64,000 nt of DNA from a virus (IMGVR_UViG_3300037504_000227:11201-75200), one strand, 5' to 3'. Positions 29,468 to 39,118 are shown, numbered from the stretch's first letter. The notes: a model not told the origin generated them from the sequence alone. Translations and numbers: made by a program.

Positions 29468-30131
29468 CTACGCGCCGAATCCTAGTGTCGATACGTCACC
29501 CTCAACAACGCCACCGAAGTCGATGCTCCAGAACTCGCCAGTCGAAGCCGATACACTCCAGCTTCCAAACTGACCGTCAAAGTACCACCCGTTCCCGGTA
29601 TTGGTACGATCTGGATAGACAGCGATATTAACCGTCGTGGTGCTTGAGCCAGTCACCTGATCGAACAGTGTCTTTTCAGACGTGTTCATTAGCGCTGATC
29701 CACTGAAGTCTGTGCCGTAGGTTCCGACACGTCGGATCTGGCTCTCGTCACCGAAAATGCTTGCCTCGGCTGTCTCACGGCTGATGTCGATGCTGAAGGA
29801 GGTTACGTAGTTAGTAATGCTTCCGTCGATGTAAACTGCTCCATCACTGTTGTCTATTAGCTTTCACTAGCAGTTGGACTATATCATCACCTAACGGTGT
29901 CGGGCGCTCTGGGAGAGGTTATTGCCTGCTTGGCTCACTCTCTAGTCTCTGAACCTGCCCCATACTGAATAGCGTTCAGGGGATTGGCTGCTGATTGCCC
30001 AATGCGGTCTGTTTTCAAACCTTCACGCTTGCCGTTTCCAGCTACGTTGTGGTCAGATCGCCTCTAAGGGTATTCCAGCAATTCACCCGATTACGGCCCC
30101 GATGGAATTAGAGGCCGGTCTTGTAGGCCAT
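29468..30131 (-). CDS. putative major tail protein, two exons: complement(join(29468..29864,30112..30131)), 138 aa after splicing
   Basis: exon 1 AGGAGGattttATG encodes MAYKTGL then hits a stop; large C-terminal ORF has no start; removing 29865-30111 joins them in frame (..KTGL|KLIDNSDG..). Confidence 0.5.
29865..30111 (-). mobile_element. group I intron (~247 nt, no ORF) in major tail protein gene
   Basis: exon 1 ends in U; P1 exon CGGCCU pairs with IGS GGGCCG (intron nt 13-18) giving U.G at splice site; R-like GUUCAGAGACUAGAG and S-like GAUGAUAUAGUCC elements (P7 GACUA/UAGUC); intron ends in G. Confidence 0.55.
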
Positions 30132-30140
30132 AAAATCCTC

Positions 30141-31220
30141 CTATGTTGTTTCTAAACGTTCGAAATATTCAAGAATGTTTTCAATCACATCATCTCTCAC
30201 AAATGGCATCTCTGCTGCCCACTCCATAGCGTCCTTGTCATTTTTGCTGGAGTTGCATCGCTTGCAAGCTGGAACTATGTTGTTTTGTGTGTATGGACCG
30301 CCTTTTGCCACTGGTATAAAGTGATCTTGGGTCAACCGCTTCATCTTTCTGCCACAGTATGCACATTTGTTTCCAAAGCACTTTTTGACCTCACTCCACT
30401 GTTTAGAGGTGAAGTTGTGCTCTAGTCCGTTAATTTTCGCTCGGCGGATTTGTGCATTCCTATTGGCCACAGCGCGCCCCCTATCAGACTTTGTATATTT
30501 AGACCAGCACTCATTACACCAAGACCCAACTCCATTTTGCCTGCGCTCATCTGGTCTAAATTCGTCCAATGGCTTTGTCTGATTGCAGTTCGAACATCGT
30601 GAAAGCCCTCTGTCAAACAAAAACTTTGTTTCTGCCCATGACCAAGCTCTCTCTCCACCAGCTCGACAATCTCTGCATCGACTTCTGTACCCACATTTGT
30701 TGTATGCGCTTTTCCCAAATTCATCAAGCTCTTTTGTTTCATTGCACTGTGAGCACTCTTTAAGCCCCATCCATCTTAGAACTTGCTCCATTGCTCGGCG
30801 TCCTGATAGTATATGTTGTCCTCTGTCAGACCATATCTCTTTGCGCTTTTTGGAATCGCACTCTAGACAGTGTGTCATTTTGCTGTTTGGTCCAGACAAC
30901 TTGTTTCCAAATGCAGAAATTGGCTTAATTTCTTCGCAATGCGTGCATCTTCTAAGCCCCTCCTCGAATAATCTCTGGCGCTCCTTCTGAGTTTTGTGTC
31001 TGTTTGTTGTTCTTTTGCATTCCATACACTCAGATCTAACACCACCGATTTTTGCCCCTGTTCTGTCCTCGTAGAATTCATCAAGGGGCTTAATCTCGCC
31101 ACACCGCTTGCAGAACTTTAGACCTGTAGCTATCAGGGTGTCTTGGATCTCTCTATACCGATTTGTCCTGTGATGCAATTGTAAAAGTTCGTCCTTGATA
31201 TTCATGTGCCCTCCTAGCAC
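30141..31220 (-). CDS. HNH homing endonuclease with multiple CxxC zinc-ribbon repeats
   Basis: C-terminal HNH motif CAYCGRK...QDHFIPVAKGGPYTQNNIVPACKRCNSSK; stop overlaps RBS of intron-containing gene. Confidence 0.75.
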   Translation of the reverse strand: MLGGHMNIKDELLQLHHRTNRYREIQDTLIATGLKFCKRCGEIKPLDEFYEDRTGAKIGGVRSECMECKRTTNRHKTQKERQRLFEEGLRRCTHCEEIKPISAFGNKLSGPNSKMTHCLECDSKKRKEIWSDRGQHILSGRRAMEQVLRWMGLKECSQCNETKELDEFGKSAYNKCGYRSRCRDCRAGGERAWSWAETKFLFDRGLSRCSNCNQTKPLDEFRPDERRQNGVGSWCNECWSKYTKSDRGRAVANRNAQIRRAKINGLEHNFTSKQWSEVKKCFGNKCAYCGRKMKRLTQDHFIPVAKGGPYTQNNIVPACKRCNSSKNDKDAMEWAAEMPFVRDDVIENILEYFERLETT

Positions 31221-31354
31221 TCCCCTAGATTGATTGGGGCAGAGGGGTAGGAGAGTCCCCCTTTTCGCTCCGTCGAGCTAGCCCCATATACTCTTAATTC
31301 TCATCTATTTTATCTAAGTGTTAAAGCCCACTCAAGGTTGCACATCTGCGACAC

Positions 31355-31389
31355 CTTTAAGGTCACTTTTTTGACTTTTGTGGTATAAT
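31355..31389 (+). promoter_or_regulatory. phage promoter CTTTAAGGT-N16-GTGGTATAAT
   Basis: motif family member; divergent from tail block. Confidence 0.55.
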
Positions 31390-31541
31390 AGCATCACGGG
31401 TCGGGTAGAGGGCTTAAGCCCTGGGGAGACTGGCGCAAGAGATGAAACCCCTCCAATTGCAGCGCTAGGCATAATTTGGCAGATGGTGAGAGTCCATCAC
31501 CGACCCGATAATAGACAATCTTAGTCAAAAGGAGGCAGTAG

Positions 31542-32462
31542 ATGAAACGAAATGCAGGATACGTAATCGGTACAGTCGTTGTGATCGCAGTCCTGGTTGG
31601 TATGGGGTTGCTAATGTCACTTGTCCGAGTCAACTACGACGAAGTAGGGCTTCTGACGAAGTGGGGCGCTCTGACTGGCGATGTATATGAGCCGGGGGCG
31701 CATCTTCGAATCCCTGTCATCTATGGTGTTCGCCGGGTGCCTGTTGCTATTCGCTCGTATGAAACCTCAAGCAATCCAGAATCTTCCCTGGCGGACTATC
31801 GGGATTTCCCTATCACGGCCCAGACAGTCGATGGTCAGCAGATCGAGATTCGCTTCACAGTCATCTTCCGCGTAACGAGCGACAGCGCACTTGAGGCAAT
31901 CCGAAACGCTGGCAGCTTCAACGCCATTGTTGAGAATGTCGTCAAGGCACACTCCCGTAGTCTTGCGCGAACCATTGCCCAGCAGTATTCTGCTGAGGAA
32001 TTGTACTCTGGTGATGGGATCGTTGGTTACCAAGACGAAGTTGAGCGTCAGTTGACTGAGGAGTTCTCTGAATACAACGTCGTGCTTGAGGATTTCCTTG
32101 TGCGCAAGATTGACTTCGACCAGAACTACACAGACGCAATCGAGCAGCAGCAGATTGCCGAAGAGGCGATTGAGACTGCAGAGTATCGCGCACAAGCTGC
32201 AGAGCATGAACGTGACCAGCAGATCACAATGGCTGAGGCCGAGGCAGAGCGTGCTCGGTTGAACGCCCAGGCCGAGGCTGATAGCCAGCGGTTATTGGCC
32301 GATGCAGAGGCGTACAGCATCGAGGTTCGTGGAGCTGCGCTTCGACAATATCCTGAATTAGTCCAGTGGCAGTTTGTGCAGGGGCTTGATAGTGTGGACT
32401 GGGGTATTATGCCCAGCGACGGCATCACGCCTCTCATCCCTGTTCCCGAAGTCGGAGAGTAA
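31542..32462 (+). CDS. SPFH/band-7 (HflK/C, stomatin-like) membrane protein
   Basis: N-terminal TM helix, SPFH core, C-terminal Ala/Glu-rich coiled coil. Confidence 0.7.
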   Translation: MKRNAGYVIGTVVVIAVLVGMGLLMSLVRVNYDEVGLLTKWGALTGDVYEPGAHLRIPVIYGVRRVPVAIRSYETSSNPESSLADYRDFPITAQTVDGQQIEIRFTVIFRVTSDSALEAIRNAGSFNAIVENVVKAHSRSLARTIAQQYSAEELYSGDGIVGYQDEVERQLTEEFSEYNVVLEDFLVRKIDFDQNYTDAIEQQQIAEEAIETAEYRAQAAEHERDQQITMAEAEAERARLNAQAEADSQRLLADAEAYSIEVRGAALRQYPELVQWQFVQGLDSVDWGIMPSDGITPLIPVPEVGE

Positions 32463-32470
32463 CTTTAATT

Positions 32471-32493
32471 GGGAGGGGGCTTGTCCCCCTCCC
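32471..32493 (+). terminator. strong hairpin GGGAGGGGG-cttgt-CCCCCTCCC
   Basis: 9-bp GC stem after SPFH gene; no U-tract. Confidence 0.45.
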
Positions 32494-32511
32494 GCAAAGG
32501 AGGTTGATAGA

Positions 32512-32730
32512 ATGGATGATAACGCTGTTTTCTACTTGTTTCTGATTTGGACTGCTATCATAGCCATATTCTTCGGAGTTCTTGGGCGCAATTTGGAAGT
32601 AGACTATCTGTGCACTGAGAATGGGTACGACGGCAGAGAATTCGTTAACGGGGTTGCTTATTGTCGTCTTGACACTAATGATGGGCAGGAACTGTTTGCC
32701 CTGAACGATCTGATTGCCGATGCAGAATAG
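32512..32730 (+). CDS. small membrane protein (NfeD-like partner position)
   Basis: TM helix; directly downstream of SPFH gene. Confidence 0.4.
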   Translation: MDDNAVFYLFLIWTAIIAIFFGVLGRNLEVDYLCTENGYDGREFVNGVAYCRLDTNDGQELFALNDLIADAE

Positions 32731-32932
32731 GGACGCTGTAGCCGATCTGTTGCACGATGCTGTAGACGATTGGGCTAATGGGGAGTTGTCGGATTGGACA
32801 TTCTTGTTCCTGATTAAGAGCTTGGTTGAGCGTCCAAGCAATGAGGATGCTGAAAAAGCGCAAGAATGGGGGCGTAAAAAGATGGCAGGGCAGCTTTCTG
32901 CGCTTGACATCGTTAGTGTAGATGGCTCATAA
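32714..32932 (+). CDS. hypothetical protein
   Basis: ORF. Confidence 0.35.
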   Translation: MPMQNRDAVADLLHDAVDDWANGELSDWTFLFLIKSLVERPSNEDAEKAQEWGRKKMAGQLSALDIVSVDGS

Positions 32933-33575
32933 GGAGGCGAGGATGAAATATCCAAAGATTGAAACCTTGTACAACCGCGATGATAACTTTAAGGTCGTCC
33001 CTGGCGATTTCAGGGTGCCAGAGTTTGCCTTGGTGAAACGATGGTTGTTCACAGAGAAGATTGATGGTCGCAACCATCGAATCATCCTGCATCATGACGG
33101 ACAGGTTAAGCATCGTGGGCGGACAGATCGTGCTCAGTTTGCTGACTTTGAGATGGCAGGGGCGCAAGCGGCGATTGATGAGGATCAATTGCGATATGTC
33201 ATCAAGGAAGGTGACAGCGGATGGCCTCTGACGATCTTGTATGGGGAATTGTATGGCCCTAAGATCCAGGGTGGCGGCAAATATCGTGATGATGTTGGGT
33301 TCAGGCTGTTCGATATCCGAATCGAAGACTGGTGGATGAATTGGTCTGACGTTGTGGACATTGGGACGCAGTTGGGCTTGCAGATCGTCCCAGTTCTTGG
33401 TGAGTATGACAGTTGGCTACCAACGTGTCTAGATGAGCTTTTGGATCTGTTGCCAGATGGGTCTAGGCTTGAGAAGCCTGGGGAACCTGAAGGCGTTGTT
33501 GCACGGACAGAACCGTTGCTGATGACGCGGCGTGGGGATCGGTTGATGTGGAAACTCAAAGTGAGGGATTTCTGA
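32922..33575 (+). CDS. ATP-dependent RNA ligase-like nucleotidyltransferase (small Rnl/PF09414-like)
   Basis: motif I lysine TEKIDGRN (KxDG), TILYGELYGPKIQGGGKY downstream motif, basic C-terminus. Confidence 0.5.
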   Translation: MAHKEARMKYPKIETLYNRDDNFKVVPGDFRVPEFALVKRWLFTEKIDGRNHRIILHHDGQVKHRGRTDRAQFADFEMAGAQAAIDEDQLRYVIKEGDSGWPLTILYGELYGPKIQGGGKYRDDVGFRLFDIRIEDWWMNWSDVVDIGTQLGLQIVPVLGEYDSWLPTCLDELLDLLPDGSRLEKPGEPEGVVARTEPLLMTRRGDRLMWKLKVRDF

Positions 33576-33576
33576 A

Positions 33577-33858
33577 ATGGCTATCCAATTCACTCAATAT
33601 CTGTTACCCAATGGTCGTCGCCGCCAGATCGAGATCGAGCGCCCCGATGATATCGAGGCAATGGCACAAATCCTTGTTGATCATGGATGCTTCTTCGATG
33701 CTGAGGTTTTGCGCACAGACCACGTTAGCCTGACCTGCGAACACGATGACGATCTGATTGCAATTCAGGTTTGCCCCAATGACGAGAATGTGCCTAGGGC
33801 AGTTGATAATTTGGTACGAGACGCATATGAAAAGGTGGTGCAAAATGGATCTGGTTAA
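33577..33858 (+). CDS. hypothetical protein
   Basis: ORF. Confidence 0.4.
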   Translation: MAIQFTQYLLPNGRRRQIEIERPDDIEAMAQILVDHGCFFDAEVLRTDHVSLTCEHDDDLIAIQVCPNDENVPRAVDNLVRDAYEKVVQNGSG

Positions 33859-33991
33859 AGAGGCGCAGAAAATGTTGGACACGCTCAATCAGCCTCACAT
33901 TGACGACTCCGAGGAGTTACTGATGTGGTTGATGACGACTGGCAAAAAGATTCTTGAGGACTATGTGGAAAAGGAGGCTTCAGATGGATAA
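33845..33991 (+). CDS. hypothetical small protein
   Basis: ORF. Confidence 0.3.
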   Translation: MDLVKEAQKMLDTLNQPHIDDSEELLMWLMTTGKKILEDYVEKEASDG

Positions 33992-34322
33992 CGAAAATGA
34001 AGTTAGCACTTTCTTGCTTTCGTGCTTGGGACTGGTTGCTCTTACAGCAATCGTGATTGTTGTAGGGCCGCCGATGCATGGGTGGGCGCTGGCACAGTTG
34101 TGGGATTGGTTTGTTGTGCCTATCTTTGATTTGCCATCAATGACTGTGTTGCAGGCATACGGCGTTGCTATGGTTGTGTCTCTGCTGGCTAGAGACTTCG
34201 ATCTTGAAAGCCACGAGGACAAGTCGCAGTTTGAGCGATGGACGATTATCATTGCAGGAACAATCTTCCGCCCGCTGTTTGCAGTTCTGGTTGGATGGAT
34301 CGTTCACGGGCTTGCTTTCTAG
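33984..34322 (+). CDS. membrane protein (3 TM)
   Basis: AAGGAGG RBS, ATG 33984. Confidence 0.4.
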   Translation: MDNENEVSTFLLSCLGLVALTAIVIVVGPPMHGWALAQLWDWFVVPIFDLPSMTVLQAYGVAMVVSLLARDFDLESHEDKSQFERWTIIIAGTIFRPLFAVLVGWIVHGLAF

Positions 34323-34558
34323 TGGAGCCTAAACTTTTCACTGTAATCCGCCACCACGATGCCTCTGGTGTCTCAGGGACAGGACGTGTGCTGGACGGCG
34401 TAATCTTCCCAAATGGCAAAGTCGTGGTATGCTGGCGAACTGAGAACAGTAGCGTCGCTGTCTATGATAGCTTTGAGATCTTCAGTGCGATTCACATAGA
34501 CAGTCACCCAGAAAACGAAACGGAGGTGCGATATGCAGAAGGGCCAGGGGTTAGTTGA
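34322..34558 (+). CDS. hypothetical protein
   Basis: GTG start overlapping upstream stop. Confidence 0.3.
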   Translation: MEPKLFTVIRHHDASGVSGTGRVLDGVIFPNGKVVVCWRTENSSVAVYDSFEIFSAIHIDSHPENETEVRYAEGPGVS

Positions 34559-34874
34559 GTATGTCGTGATTATTTTTTTGGTGGTGTTTGTCGTGGTTGC
34601 CGCCCTGAGCGCGATAGATTTCAAGCAAGATCTGGACAGGGAGCGATGGGGAGGGTGTGACACGTTTGGATATGAGATCGTGTTCGTTACTAGGAACAGG
34701 CGTTGTGCGCGCTGGCTAGAGGCGGATCTAGATAAAGGAATGTTGTACTGGGATAATGGGTCTGCATCAATTGCAACTGTTAGAAGTGTACATTCAACTA
34801 GTGGGTATATGTGTAATCGTGGCGGTATTCGTTCTGGCAACTGTGCGATTGTCACTTACAGAGGAGGCAACTAA
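34533..34874 (+). CDS. protein with Flp/Fap-pilin-like N-terminus
   Basis: MQKGQGLVEYVVIIFLVVFVVVAALSA matches Flp motif G-x-x-x-x-EY-x-LI. Confidence 0.4.
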   Translation: MQKGQGLVEYVVIIFLVVFVVVAALSAIDFKQDLDRERWGGCDTFGYEIVFVTRNRRCARWLEADLDKGMLYWDNGSASIATVRSVHSTSGYMCNRGGIRSGNCAIVTYRGGN

Positions 34875-35326
34875 TGGATCAAGAGAAACTTGAGCAACTG
34901 GCGATGCAGGCATATGCAGAGCGAGAGGCTGAATATCACGAAGCAAGAGTGCGAGATTTAACAAGGCAGGCTAATCGGACTGTTGAGTTGGTCAAGCGCA
35001 CCATTGGCATAAACGCAGAACCATCTAGTAATGAAGGGGTTGCTCGGGTAGGAGACGTGCGCTTTGAGATCAGGACAGATGCTTACAGTCAGCGTGAATA
35101 TCTGAAGGCGTTCTATCGTGGTCACTCGACACAAATTCGTAGCCTGGCTGACTTGGGCGAGTTGATGTCTAGGAAGCCGAAAGAAGTGGAAGAGAAAGGT
35201 CCAGTCTGCTATCTTGAAACAGCCAAGCGTGCCATGAATGAGAAGCCTAATGCAGTTGCCTGTACGCTAATTGATATTGCAGAATCGCTTAGGGAGATTC
35301 TTGAGTGGATGCCTTACGAGTTTTAA
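34874..35326 (+). CDS. hypothetical protein
   Basis: ORF. Confidence 0.4.
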   Translation: MDQEKLEQLAMQAYAEREAEYHEARVRDLTRQANRTVELVKRTIGINAEPSSNEGVARVGDVRFEIRTDAYSQREYLKAFYRGHSTQIRSLADLGELMSRKPKEVEEKGPVCYLETAKRAMNEKPNAVACTLIDIAESLREILEWMPYEF

Positions 35327-35475
35327 GGAGACATTATGGAAGAATTAAGAGAAATGCTGTTGGAGCTTTGCAACATACAGGATACTATCACTCACTTGAA
35401 CGAGGGGCTTGCAGACCTTAACCGTATCGCTCGCGAGAAGGTAAGACGCAAGCAACAGATTGAGAAGATTGTTGC

Positions 35476-36198
35476 TTGGGTGAGGGGGGAACAGTGATTA
35501 TAGCGTTTGATTTGGAGATCACAACACCTATCCCTGAAGGTGATGACTGGCAGGATCTTCGCCCTCTGGGAATCTCTTGTGCTGCTACTCACACATCACA
35601 GGGAGAAACCATCGTTTGGCATGATAACTTCAGCCCGCGAATGTCTAAGCGCGAAGTGGACGAGATAGCTAAATACCTCTACTGGGAGTGGCGCGAGGGA
35701 GCACAGATCGTTACTTGGAATGGTCTTGGATTCGACTTCGATGTAATGCATGAAGAGTGCCGGTGGTGGAAGTCCAGTCTGCGGTTCATGGCTTGGAACC
35801 ATATTGACCCCGGATTCCAGATGCTTTGTGAGAAAGGGTTTATGGTAGGCCTAGATACGGCAGCCAAGGGAATGGGGCTTCACGGCAAGACAGAAGGTAT
35901 GTCTGGCAAAGACGCCCCTGTGATGTGGGCAGAGGGGCGAAATCAACAGGAGAAAGTGTTAGAATACGTTGCTCAAGACGCCGTCACGACCCTAGAGGTC
36001 TACGAGGCAATCCTGCGACGCGGGAGTCTGAGTTGGATCAGCAGGTCAGGGAGAGCAAATAAGTGGCGTCCAGAGTTCAAGAATGGGCGTATGCTGACTG
36101 CAAAAGAGTGTATGCATATCCCTGAGCCTGATACGTCGTGGATGTCAGACCCTTGGCCTAGAAAGAAATTCTATGGATGGCTAGATCCTCTCAAGTAA
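35476..36198 (+). CDS. DEDDy-type 3'-5' exonuclease (DnaQ/RNase T-like)
   Basis: Exo I AFDLEI, Exo II VTWNGLGFDFDVM, Exo III YVAQDAVTTLEVY. Confidence 0.6.
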   Translation: MGEGGTVIIAFDLEITTPIPEGDDWQDLRPLGISCAATHTSQGETIVWHDNFSPRMSKREVDEIAKYLYWEWREGAQIVTWNGLGFDFDVMHEECRWWKSSLRFMAWNHIDPGFQMLCEKGFMVGLDTAAKGMGLHGKTEGMSGKDAPVMWAEGRNQQEKVLEYVAQDAVTTLEVYEAILRRGSLSWISRSGRANKWRPEFKNGRMLTAKECMHIPEPDTSWMSDPWPRKKFYGWLDPLK

Positions 36199-37224
36199 GC
36201 TAATCGCCCTATCCAGGTACGAATGACTCTCCACAGCTTTCCTGAGCATCCTTCCTCTCTCGATTCGCTCTTCCTCTTTGGGAAGCCAATAATGGATTAG
36301 CTCATTCAGCTCCTTGTCTGTGGAGAACGTTGGCACAAGATCGCCAAACACAGTCTCTAGTTCAGGTCGCCCATCCTCAGATAGCATAAATGCCCCACAC
36401 GCTGCGATCTCATACACCCTCGGAGAAATAGATTCTGCCTCAGTGACTTTTTCCCCGCCTTTGTAGTCCACACTTTGACGATTAAAGTTAAGGACAATCT
36501 TCGCTCCATTGTAATGCATCGCCGCCTCTGGGTTGGGTACCATCGCTGCCTTGTAGTGCTCGGCCAGTGGATGGTCATAGTCGAATGGGTAATGACCGAT
36601 TAACGTTAAGTCAATCCCCTCCCAATCCACGCCCTCAAGAAGCTTAATCCGCTCAGGCCACCCAGATCCAATAAAACAGACATCGCTCTTGTATTTGTTA
36701 GAAACAATCATTGGGTGATGGACTTCTTGGTGCCATCCTGTAGGCTGATATGGCACACCCATCTTCCTGGCGCTTGCCAAGTCATTGCTAAATGGATAAT
36801 CAGCAACAGTGGAAACGTGAGCCAGCAGATTGTCTCGATATGGGCACTCTGTCATTATCAGTACAGTTGGGATATTCAGCCTGCGCCATACGTTCCAGGC
36901 ACGTCTATGGATTTGTGTTCCATCAATGACGACGATAAGATCAGGGAACTCTGCCAAGGACACCAACGCAACCTCGCCAGATGCACGTTCGAGAGCCTTA
37001 ATTTTAAGCTCGTTGTTGATCTCGTTGCCCTCGAATAGAGCACGGTATCTTAGCGTCTCATGCCAGCGTGTGACGTAGCTGTTGTACTCGATTACGTTGG
37101 TTCTAATCCCGATTCTGCGGAAGGCGTCGATGTATCCAGACGCAACATCATTTGGACCTGTGGACGATGCCGCTGTGACAACAGTGATGTGCCTAAATCC
37201 AACCGTACTCTGGGCTAATTCCAT
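36181..37224 (-). CDS. glycosyltransferase (GT-B, CgeB/DUF3880-like C-terminus)
   Basis: C-terminal GAFMLSEDGRPELETVFG...ERIERGRMLRKAVESHSY. Confidence 0.5.
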   Translation of the reverse strand: MELAQSTVGFRHITVVTAASSTGPNDVASGYIDAFRRIGIRTNVIEYNSYVTRWHETLRYRALFEGNEINNELKIKALERASGEVALVSLAEFPDLIVVIDGTQIHRRAWNVWRRLNIPTVLIMTECPYRDNLLAHVSTVADYPFSNDLASARKMGVPYQPTGWHQEVHHPMIVSNKYKSDVCFIGSGWPERIKLLEGVDWEGIDLTLIGHYPFDYDHPLAEHYKAAMVPNPEAAMHYNGAKIVLNFNRQSVDYKGGEKVTEAESISPRVYEIAACGAFMLSEDGRPELETVFGDLVPTFSTDKELNELIHYWLPKEEERIERGRMLRKAVESHSYLDRAISLLERI

Positions 37225-37948
37225 TTAGCTCCTCGAACTTTCTTTTGTTTCGTTGTTTCTCTCGTATCCACTGTTCATAGTCCTCTTCTGACTTCTCCCA
37301 AGCGTACTGATGGTACTGATGGATGGGTCGCACAGAGGAGTCGAATGCGCACTTGCATCCTTCCAGGAAGCATCTATACGCAAAGTCTATGTCCTCATAC
37401 CCATAGAATCCATCGTAGTCTGGACGAAGCCTGACTTTCTTTGCGGTCTCCATTGGGACACTGATCGAGTGCCCTGACATATACTGCCAACGCAAAACGA
37501 TAGGGGTTTTGTCGGGATTGAATCTGCGTTTCCAGAAGTTGTCGGCAATTGCATATTCCCCATCTGATTGTTGGAGATACATTGGATTGCTGACCATCCA
37601 GGGTCCATCATCTCTCTCGTGCCATTTGATGTGACTCTCGATCCAATCAACAGGGAAAATCATATCATCCTGTGTCATTAGGCACACGTCGCCTTCTTGC
37701 ATATCTAGGGCCATGTTGTTGTGTGTGGCACGTCCGTGGAGTTCAGGGCAATCGCAGACATCAACTTTAAGATCAAACGGGGGATCTGGGATCTCGTTTA
37801 GCACCCAACTGGCAATCTTGCCATCACGATGAACTATTACCAGTGCAACCTCAAAGTCTTTTACTGTTTGGTGGTATAGAGATCCGAAGCACTTCTTGAA
37901 GAGTTCAGCCTTCCAGTCTGCAGCGGCTAAGTTGATAGAGACTCGCAT
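37193..37948 (-). CDS. glycosyltransferase-like (GT-A fold); start placed at internal Met MRVSINL
   Basis: QDDMIF DxD-like motif; first 41 codons of the track ORF overlap the upstream gene. Confidence 0.45.
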   Translation of the reverse strand: MRVSINLAAADWKAELFKKCFGSLYHQTVKDFEVALVIVHRDGKIASWVLNEIPDPPFDLKVDVCDCPELHGRATHNNMALDMQEGDVCLMTQDDMIFPVDWIESHIKWHERDDGPWMVSNPMYLQQSDGEYAIADNFWKRRFNPDKTPIVLRWQYMSGHSISVPMETAKKVRLRPDYDGFYGYEDIDFAYRCFLEGCKCAFDSSVRPIHQYHQYAWEKSEEDYEQWIREKQRNKRKFEELNGISPEYGWI

Positions 37949-38576
37949 ACACCCTCGCCCAGTCGTAGAATGTCCATAGGGACAATGTGCTTTTCTCAGG
38001 GGGGCGATACGGAATGTCCACAGTGTCAATCGTCCCCTCCCACTTGACAAGCATCTCAATCTGAAATGCATGTGGACTCTTGGAGATTATACCACTGTCA
38101 GGTAGTTTGTCAAGTTTGTATGCGCGGAACCCGCACGTTGCATCGTCTAAGTCTACTCCGAGGAGCGACACAGCCAAGCTGGCGACATTCGATATGATTC
38201 TGCGGATTCCTTTCCCGTAGAACCTTCTTTGCCCAATGACAAGATCGGCATCTTTGTCAAGCAACTCCACCTCGTATGGCATGAAGTTGTCGCCGCAGTC
38301 CATTGTGATCCCAATCTCATATCCTAGCCTTTTTGCAGTTTGGAGGCCCAGCATATACTTCAAGGGGATGTACTGCCACTTGGCGCGTGGCATACGCAAA
38401 ACAATAGCGCCCATCTCTTCTGCCAAATCTGCTGTGGCATCCGAACTATCATCAATAATAATGGGGTGATAACCTTGCGGAATCTGTGCAAGAAATGGGC
38501 GTATGTTCTTTTCTTCGTTGTGCGTTGGAACAATAACAGCAGTCATAAGTTCAGAAACCGAGTCGTGCGGAGACAT
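37905..38576 (-). CDS. family 2 glycosyltransferase (DPM1-like)
   Basis: AVIVPTHNEEKNI ... IIIDDSSDATADL. Confidence 0.65.
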   Translation of the reverse strand: MSPHDSVSELMTAVIVPTHNEEKNIRPFLAQIPQGYHPIIIDDSSDATADLAEEMGAIVLRMPRAKWQYIPLKYMLGLQTAKRLGYEIGITMDCGDNFMPYEVELLDKDADLVIGQRRFYGKGIRRIISNVASLAVSLLGVDLDDATCGFRAYKLDKLPDSGIISKSPHAFQIEMLVKWEGTIDTVDIPYRPPEKSTLSLWTFYDWARVYASLYQLSRCRLEG

Positions 38577-38614
38577 GCGCAGCAGCGAAGATGCGCCACG
38601 ACCCGGAACGCTGC

Positions 38615-39118
38615 CTATTCAGGTGGCTCCCCAGGAATACAAGCTGGGATCATATCTGCGTCCAAAATCTGCTTATACAGCTTGATCGCTACAGAGTACA
38701 AGCGCTTGCGATCATTCTTAAGAAACCTGATCTCTCTTTGCATTTCCTCGATAACCTTGTCTTGTTCTTGCTTATCTTGGTTGAGAGCATCAACTTCCCT
38801 GCGCAGATTGTCAATCGTGTCATCCCTTTCCTGAATCATCGCCCTTTGCTCTTGTATCAGAGCATCTTGTTCGTCCATCTTACCCTCTACTCTTTCGAGG
38901 CGTTCACAGACACGCTTGTACATCTCAAGCGCAGAGTCGCTTAACGCTTGTGCTGTTTCTGCCTCGACCTTATCAATTTGGGCTTGTGTCAAATCAGATT
39001 CTTGCTCTCTCTTGCGCCTAGACTTAATCCTCTTGATGATTGGTGGCAAAATAGCTGTTAGAATGCTTCCGGCAAGAGAGAAGATGGCAATAACGATAGC
39101 TGCATCAATGTTTTGCAT
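38615..39118 (-). CDS. membrane-anchored coiled-coil protein
   Basis: N-terminal TM then heptad-rich Q/E/R region. Confidence 0.4.
   Translation of the reverse strand: MQNIDAAIVIAIFSLAGSILTAILPPIIKRIKSRRKREQESDLTQAQIDKVEAETAQALSDSALEMYKRVCERLERVEGKMDEQDALIQEQRAMIQERDDTIDNLRREVDALNQDKQEQDKVIEEMQREIRFLKNDRKRLYSVAIKLYKQILDADMIPACIPGEPPE

Noticed and set aside
31368-31373. TTGACT upstream of the 31384 TATAAT considered as the -35 hexamer
   Set aside because: Spacer would be only 10 nt. The element falls in the variable N16 region of the conserved motif.
37949-38071. N-terminal 41 codons of track ORF 37193-38071
   Set aside because: This segment overlaps the GT2 gene 37905-38576 and translates to an Arg/Cys-rich non-protein-like sequence; the real start is probably MRVSINL at about 37948.
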